Shown in pieces: positions 58,972 through 64,000 of a stretch of DNA of 64,000 bases (positions within the stretch are counted from its first letter, which is position 1; every line of letters begins with the position of its first letter). The notes under the pieces were generated by a model. It was not told the origin of the DNA and ran no database searches. It saw nothing but the letters and a program-made list of their open reading frames with translations. Source of the stretch: an uncultured bacterium (GTDB lineage Bacteria > Bacteroidota > Ignavibacteria > Kapaibacteriales > UBA2268); contig CALLXS010000054.1 in assembly GCA_937875295.1 (NCBI GenBank), positions 2,777-66,776 of the forward strand, given 5' to 3'. The position numbers and the translations under genes are program-made.

Positions 58972-59468
58972 TTCAATTTATACACTTCCGATTCATCTTC
59001 GCATTCTTGCAATAATTCGCTGATAGTTTTGCATGTGCGTGGGTCTACAGCTTTTGCAGCTATTTCTGCAGCCGGGATTAATACAAATTTTCTCTTAGCA
59101 AGAAATGGATGTGGTGTAATTACTTTCTCGCTTGAAATTATGTGATTACCATATATTAAAATATCTATATCGATTTCTCGCTCGTGCCAATGTTCCCTTT
59201 TTTTTCTACCTAAATCTGATTCAATTTGCTTGCAAGCAGACATTAATTCAAATACTGATAAATCGGTAATCCCCGATAGAGCTAAATTAATAAAGGCATC
59301 TTGCTCCTTTATTCCAAAGGGTTCAGTTTCGTAATATGAAGAAATTTGAATATTAGATAATATATTTCTGATTTCTAATAATTGGCATGCATCATCAATA
59401 AATTTCTTTCGATTACCAATATTCGACCCAAGCGATAATAGGACGTATTCTTTTACTTTGTTATCCAT
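58968..59468 (-). CDS. folK: 2-amino-4-hydroxy-6-hydroxymethyldihydropteridine pyrophosphokinase
   Basis: HPPK motifs LSLGSNIG, ETEPFG and REIDIDIL; 166 aa. Confidence 0.85.
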   Translation of the reverse strand: MDNKVKEYVLLSLGSNIGNRKKFIDDACQLLEIRNILSNIQISSYYETEPFGIKEQDAFINLALSGITDLSVFELMSACKQIESDLGRKKREHWHEREIDIDILIYGNHIISSEKVITPHPFLAKRKFVLIPAAEIAAKAVDPRTCKTISELLQECEDESEVYKLN

Positions 59469-59495
59469 TACATTTATTTTATTAATAAAAAAGAG

Positions 59496-60536
59496 TTATT
59501 CAAAGAGTGTATTATCTCTGTTGATTTTATTTAAATCGTATCCAAAGTGCAAATATGATAAGTCCAGTGCTTTTCTGCCTCGCGGAGTCCTTTGAATAAA
59601 TCCATTTTGAATTAAAAAAGGTTCATATACTTCTTCAATAGTACCAGCTTCTTCGCCCACAGCTGCTGCAATATTAGAAAGACCAACAGGTCCTCCCTTG
59701 AATTTATCGATAATTGCAAGTATAATGCGTTTATCCATATCTTCTAACCCATATTCATCAACATCAAGTGCTTCGAGTGTCATTTGGGCTATTTCTAAGT
59801 TTATTTTGCCTTTACCTTTAATTTCTGCGAAATCTCTGCCGCGTCTTAATAACCGATTAGCAATTCGAGGTGTTCCTCTGCTTCTGCTTGCTATTTCTGT
59901 AGCTCCTTCTTCATCAATTGGTACGTTTAAAAGTGCGGAAGAGCGAATGATTACTTTTGTAAGTTCAGTTGTATTATAATAATCTAAGCGATTTGTTATC
60001 CCGAATCGAGAACGCAAAGGAGCAGTCAGGAGTCCAGCTCGAGTTGTAGCACCAATTAATGTAAATTTTGGTAAACTTAATTGTACAGAACGAGCAGCAG
60101 CACCTGAATCAATCATAATATCGATTCTATATTCCTCCATTGCAGAATAAAGATATTCTTCGACGATAGGAGAGAGCCTGTGAATTTCATCAATAAATAA
60201 AACATCTCGTTCTTCTAAATTTGTAAGCAAGCCAGCTAAATCCCCTGCTTTCTCGAGGACTGGACCAGAAGTAATTTTAATATTACTTCCCATTTCTCGG
60301 CTAATAATATAGCTTAGAGTTGTTTTTCCAAGTCCCGGAGGACCAGTAAGCAACACATGATCGAGTGCATCACCGCGTTTTATAGCAGCTTTAATGAAAA
60401 TTTTTAAATTCTCGACTATCTTATCCTGTCCGGTGAAGTCATTAAAAGTTTTTGGTCTTAGAGCAGCTTCAATTTCTTCTTCGTTTTGAGAAAATCCAGA
60501 TAATGGTGAATTATTTCTATTAAAATCTTTAGACAT
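59496..60536 (-). CDS. ruvB: Holliday junction branch-migration helicase RuvB
   Basis: Walker [16 protein letters not shown], and a winged-helix C-terminus; 346 aa. Confidence 0.95.
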   Translation of the reverse strand: MSKDFNRNNSPLSGFSQNEEEIEAALRPKTFNDFTGQDKIVENLKIFIKAAIKRGDALDHVLLTGPPGLGKTTLSYIISREMGSNIKITSGPVLEKAGDLAGLLTNLEERDVLFIDEIHRLSPIVEEYLYSAMEEYRIDIMIDSGAAARSVQLSLPKFTLIGATTRAGLLTAPLRSRFGITNRLDYYNTTELTKVIIRSSALLNVPIDEEGATEIASRSRGTPRIANRLLRRGRDFAEIKGKGKINLEIAQMTLEALDVDEYGLEDMDKRIILAIIDKFKGGPVGLSNIAAAVGEEAGTIEEVYEPFLIQNGFIQRTPRGRKALDLSYLHFGYDLNKINRDNTLFE

Positions 60537-61530
60537 TTATTTCATTCTGATTATTTTTTTGAAAAGGGCAATTGTTAGGTCCATTTTTACAATTATTATT
60601 GCAAGGAGTCATATAAATTCTTGGTATTGCATTAGGATATTTTGACTTAAGTTCATTATGTATTTTCATTTCTAATTGGTATGAATCCCTGATAGTAGCA
60701 TCACCGGGCATTACAATATCAATTTCTATAAAAATATTATCTCCGCTTCGGCGCGATCGCATTGATTTATATTCACAAAATTGGCTATGATTATCAATTA
60801 CAATAGATAAAAAATCAAATAAAATGGGTTCTGGTAATTTTTTATCTAAAATATTATTTACATATTTATTTGTATTTTTTATTAGAGGATATAATAACAC
60901 TCCTGAATATATTATTGCGATGACAAGTTGCAAAATATATTGATTCAACTTAAAGAAAAATGAAATTAAAAACCCTATTAATGATAAAATGATAAAAATA
61001 ACTTCCTCGCTTTTAAGTATATTTTTATTTAAAAAAATATCTTTAAAAATTTCTTGCTGAGAATTTGAATAATAAAAGTTATAAAATCGACTTTTTAGTA
61101 AAAGTGCAATTAAAAGAATCACTGATATAAAAACAAATAATAATTTATTAGTAAATAAAAAATTATAATGAAGCCCTAGATTACTATTATAAAGAACATT
61201 GAACAATAAACCTGAAAAATATATAAGTGTGAAAAAATAAATAATCAATCTACTTAAATTCGATAAATCTATATATTTTCCATAGCCATAATCATATTGT
61301 AAATCTGGGGTATATGACATTTTATAATTTGCTTTGCTTAAAAGAGTTAAAATTATTAAATTAACTATTTCTAAGAATCCGAAAAGCAAAAATAATGGTG
61401 ATCGCAAAAATATCCCTAATACAAATCCAATAATACTTTCAAAAATTGTTATGTAAATTATATATTGTAGATATTTATTAGATGTTGAATTATCTTTATA
61501 AATTATTTGACTATCGTTTTTATCATCCAT
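60529..61530 (-). CDS. Membrane protein with CDF-type cytoplasmic C-terminal domain and an atypical TM region
   Basis: The C-terminal block ([45 protein letters not shown]) resembles the cation-efflux dimerisation domain. The TM region is N/Y/F-rich and lacks clear metal-site motifs. Confidence 0.4.
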   Translation of the reverse strand: MDDKNDSQIIYKDNSTSNKYLQYIIYITIFESIIGFVLGIFLRSPLFLLFGFLEIVNLIILTLLSKANYKMSYTPDLQYDYGYGKYIDLSNLSRLIIYFFTLIYFSGLLFNVLYNSNLGLHYNFLFTNKLLFVFISVILLIALLLKSRFYNFYYSNSQQEIFKDIFLNKNILKSEEVIFIILSLIGFLISFFFKLNQYILQLVIAIIYSGVLLYPLIKNTNKYVNNILDKKLPEPILFDFLSIVIDNHSQFCEYKSMRSRRSGDNIFIEIDIVMPGDATIRDSYQLEMKIHNELKSKYPNAIPRIYMTPCNNNCKNGPNNCPFQKNNQNEINV

Positions 61531-61642
61531 CTATGATTACTTTAATATTCATTATTTTTTATTTAGCATATAAAATTAAGAAAAATGAATTACTTTGCAA
61601 AAATAAATTTAATAAATTTCAATTATTTCGGATACATTTAAT

Positions 61643-61672
61643 AAAAAAAGACTTAAGCGTTAGCTTAAGTCT
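61643..61672 (-). terminator. Rho-independent terminator downstream of tig
   Basis: agacttaagc-gtta-gcttaagtct perfect 10-bp stem, adjacent to a run that reads as U-rich on the minus-strand RNA. Confidence 0.6.
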
Positions 61673-61725
61673 ATATTTACTAATATATTTTAGGATTAAA
61701 AAGAAAGTCGTATTTCGGTTAATGT

Positions 61726-63183
61726 TTATTCTTTTTCTGATTCAGGTTTTTCTGTTTCAGATTTATCTGATTTTTCTTTTTTAGTAGTAGCTTTTTTTCT
61801 CTTTGCCTTTGGTTTTGATTCTTCTTCTTGTGATTCTTGGGTAACTATAGTTTTTTGTTCTTCAATTTCTTCATTCACTTGATTTAATTTCTCGATTCTT
61901 TCCATTTCATTTTTTTGATATTGCTTTTGCATATATTCATCAAATTCTATTTCTTCAGTAGTAGAGAAATCGAGCAATAGATCCATTAATTTTTTATTTA
62001 AAATATGAGATTTAAATTCATCATTAGATCTAATTATGTGATTTAAATTATCAATTGGCACACCAGGGAACATTTTAGAAATATTTTCTATATGGTCGTC
62101 GATGTCTGTATCTTCAATTTCAATTTTTTCTTTTTGAATTATTTTATCAGAAATAAAATTCCAGCGAATGCCCTTATTTACAGTTTCACCAAAGTATTTT
62201 TCGAACATTGGGAATTCTTCCATTACATCAGCTTCAGTTAATTTCACTTTTTGTTGCTTATAGAAATCGATTGAATATTTCACTAAGCTTTCTTTATAGA
62301 AATTAGTAGGTGTCTCGAATGAGTGCATTTCCACTAATTTATCTATTAAGTTAGTTTCCATAGCTTCGCGAGCTTTTTCATCCCATTTTTCTTGCAATTG
62401 GAATCCAATTTCTTGCTTGAAGTCATCTACATTATCGAATTTATCTTGTGATAATGTTTTAATTGTATCGCTATCTGCAACAAGAGGTACAATTTTTTGA
62501 ATTTCTTTAATTCTATAAATTGATAATGCTCCATTTGGATGTGGATATTCGATTTCATCACCGATTTTTTTATCGATGAATTTTTCTAATAAATCCTTAG
62601 GATATCTATCGTCTTTTAAATCTAATTCAAAATCTGCAGGTGGCTCTGGAGCTGTATCAGAGTTTTCAGCTGGTTTTAGTTCAAATTCTACTTTTACTAT
62701 TGAATTTAAGTTCTCAATTTCTTGAGCTGGTTCTTTAGGACCATTTGATTCTAAAATTCTATCTAATTGTTCATTAATTTCTTCATCATTTACTCTATGA
62801 ATTGGCTCTTCAATTGTAAGAGAGCGATAATCGCCTAATTCAAAATCAGGATTAGCCTCAAAACGAACTTTAAATGTAGTCTTATTATCTTCTTTAATTA
62901 CATCTTCGAGCGATGGCTGGCTAAGTATCCTAATTTGATTTTCTTTAGTGATTTGCTGAAGAAAATGATTTGTAGCGTCCAAATTAGCTTCAGCTTCTAT
63001 TTGTGGTCCATAAAGCTTCATTATCATATTCCTTGGCACTTTACCTTTGCGAAAGCCTTTAATATCAACGCGAGGTGCAGTTTTGTTATATGCTTTATTG
63101 AAAAAGTCTTTTGCTTCTTCAGGGCTTACAGAAATTTCTAATTCTCTCTCGCAAGCATTTATATTTTTTAATTCGTATTCCAA
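61726..63183 (-). CDS. tig: Trigger factor
   Basis: GFRKGKVPRNMI ribosome-binding motif, PPIase-like middle domain, K/E-rich tail. The track ORF runs into the tRNA. Start reassigned to TTG 63183 (AAGG 8 nt upstream), or possibly ATT 63189. Confidence 0.85.
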   Translation of the reverse strand: MEYELKNINACERELEISVSPEEAKDFFNKAYNKTAPRVDIKGFRKGKVPRNMIMKLYGPQIEAEANLDATNHFLQQITKENQIRILSQPSLEDVIKEDNKTTFKVRFEANPDFELGDYRSLTIEEPIHRVNDEEINEQLDRILESNGPKEPAQEIENLNSIVKVEFELKPAENSDTAPEPPADFELDLKDDRYPKDLLEKFIDKKIGDEIEYPHPNGALSIYRIKEIQKIVPLVADSDTIKTLSQDKFDNVDDFKQEIGFQLQEKWDEKAREAMETNLIDKLVEMHSFETPTNFYKESLVKYSIDFYKQQKVKLTEADVMEEFPMFEKYFGETVNKGIRWNFISDKIIQKEKIEIEDTDIDDHIENISKMFPGVPIDNLNHIIRSNDEFKSHILNKKLMDLLLDFSTTEEIEFDEYMQKQYQKNEMERIEKLNQVNEEIEEQKTIVTQESQEEESKPKAKRKKATTKKEKSDKSETEKPESEKE

Positions 63184-63231
63184 TTTAATAGCCTTAATTA
63201 AATATGATAAAATTATACAATTGTTGAATTG

Positions 63232-63313
63232 TGCGGATGGGGAGACTCGAACTCCCACGAATCGCTTCGCTAGATCCTAAGTCTAGTGCGTCTACCAATT
63301 TCGCCACATCCGC
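63232..63313 (-). tRNA. tRNA-Leu (anticodon TAG), CCA not encoded
   Basis: 82-nt cloverleaf folded by hand: acceptor GCGGATG/CATCCGC, D-arm, anticodon stem CTAGA/TCTAG with loop CTTAGGA (anticodon TAG), long variable arm, T-arm GGGAG-TTCGAGT-CTCCC. Confidence 0.85.
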
Positions 63314-63543
63314 TTAGATTTGCTTTTTAAATTTCTAATACAAATAAATTGCTTTAGAAATAAGACTACTAAAATAACATTTTTTTTACATTCTACAAAA
63401 GATTAATAATAATTATTTAACAAAAAAAATACTTAATATATATTTTCTCTTTAAATAAATATTTTTCAACTATTTATTAATTACTTTCGTCTCAATGCTA
63501 ATATACAGGAATTTTTTTTAAATTAACTAAAATTGGTAATATA

Positions 63544-64000
63544 ATGAAAGTATTAGTAAGCGATGGCATCGAAAAAATTGGTGCTGATATGATGAAAAAA
63601 GCAGGTCTCGAAGTTGTAGAGCAAAAAATGAGTCCTGAAGAATTATTACAAAATATTGAGCAATACGATGCTATTATCGTTCGTTCTGCTACTAAAGTAA
63701 CTAAAGAAGTTATTGACAATGGTAAAAATCTTAAAGCTATTGGTCGCGGCGGTGTAGGTCTCGATAATATCAACGTAGAATATGCCAAATCAAAAGGCAT
63801 TCCAGTATTAAATACTCCAGGAGCTTCATCGATTTCCGTAGCTGAATTAGCAATCGCTCATATGTTTGCTGTTTCTCGCTTCTTAAATAAAAGCAATATT
63901 GAAATGAGAGAAGGCAAATGGCCTAAAAAAGATTATGCAAAAGGTATGGAATTAACTGGCAAAACTCTTGGATTAATTGGATTTGGAAATATTGGCAAAG
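63544..64000 (+). CDS. serA: D-3-phosphoglycerate dehydrogenase (D-isomer 2-hydroxyacid dehydrogenase family), 3'-truncated by the window edge
   Basis: MKVLVSDGIEKIG...GRGGVGLDNIN... and the NAD-binding GLIGFGNIGK motif. The frame is open to the window end. Confidence 0.8.
   Translation, partial: MKVLVSDGIEKIGADMMKKAGLEVVEQKMSPEELLQNIEQYDAIIVRSATKVTKEVIDNGKNLKAIGRGGVGLDNINVEYAKSKGIPVLNTPGASSISVAELAIAHMFAVSRFLNKSNIEMREGKWPKKDYAKGMELTGKTLGLIGFGNIGK

Noticed and set aside
63498-63800. 100-aa minus-strand ORF from the track
   Set aside because: Antisense to the 5' part of a clear serA-type dehydrogenase gene (GxGxxG motif, open to the window end).
1-64000. CRISPR arrays, IS elements and integrons
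   Set aside because: No regularly spaced direct repeats and no transposase- or integrase-like ORFs were seen on either strand.

Overview
AT-rich bacterial chromosomal segment of about 64 kb. It is mostly housekeeping and cell-envelope genes, but carries two separated flagellar loci and three secreted proteins with T9SS-type C-terminal sorting domains, a combination that suggests a flagellated FCB-group lineage such as Ignavibacteria (inference). The first flagellar locus is fliC-fliS-fliD-flaG-flgM; the second is flgB-flgC-fliE-fliF-fliG-fliH-fliI-fliJ-ylxF/motE. The clearest accessory element is a compact minus-strand island of about 6 kb (7.1-13.1 kb). It encodes a Mu-like head module (protease/scaffold I, putative major capsid, DUF2190, gp36/DUF1320, DUF935 portal) and a holin-like/CHAP lysis pair. 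It has no terminase, tail, integrase or transposase genes, and the portal sits at the wrong end relative to Mu, so it is either a prophage remnant or a domesticated capsid cassette. Other observations: a sigma-28 type promoter with GGA hairpins in the fliC leader, and the same GCAGGATGC 9-mer upstream of fliE. Two conserved genes (an ABC ATPase and trigger factor) have no in-frame canonical ATG start. A 14-bp perfect palindrome lies upstream of the Zn/Mn-type ABC transporter. There is an orphan N6-adenine methyltransferase, an Ogg2-type 8-oxoguanine glycosylase, an rpmG gene missing from the ORF track, and a tRNA-Leu(TAG). No CRISPR array, IS element or integrase was seen.
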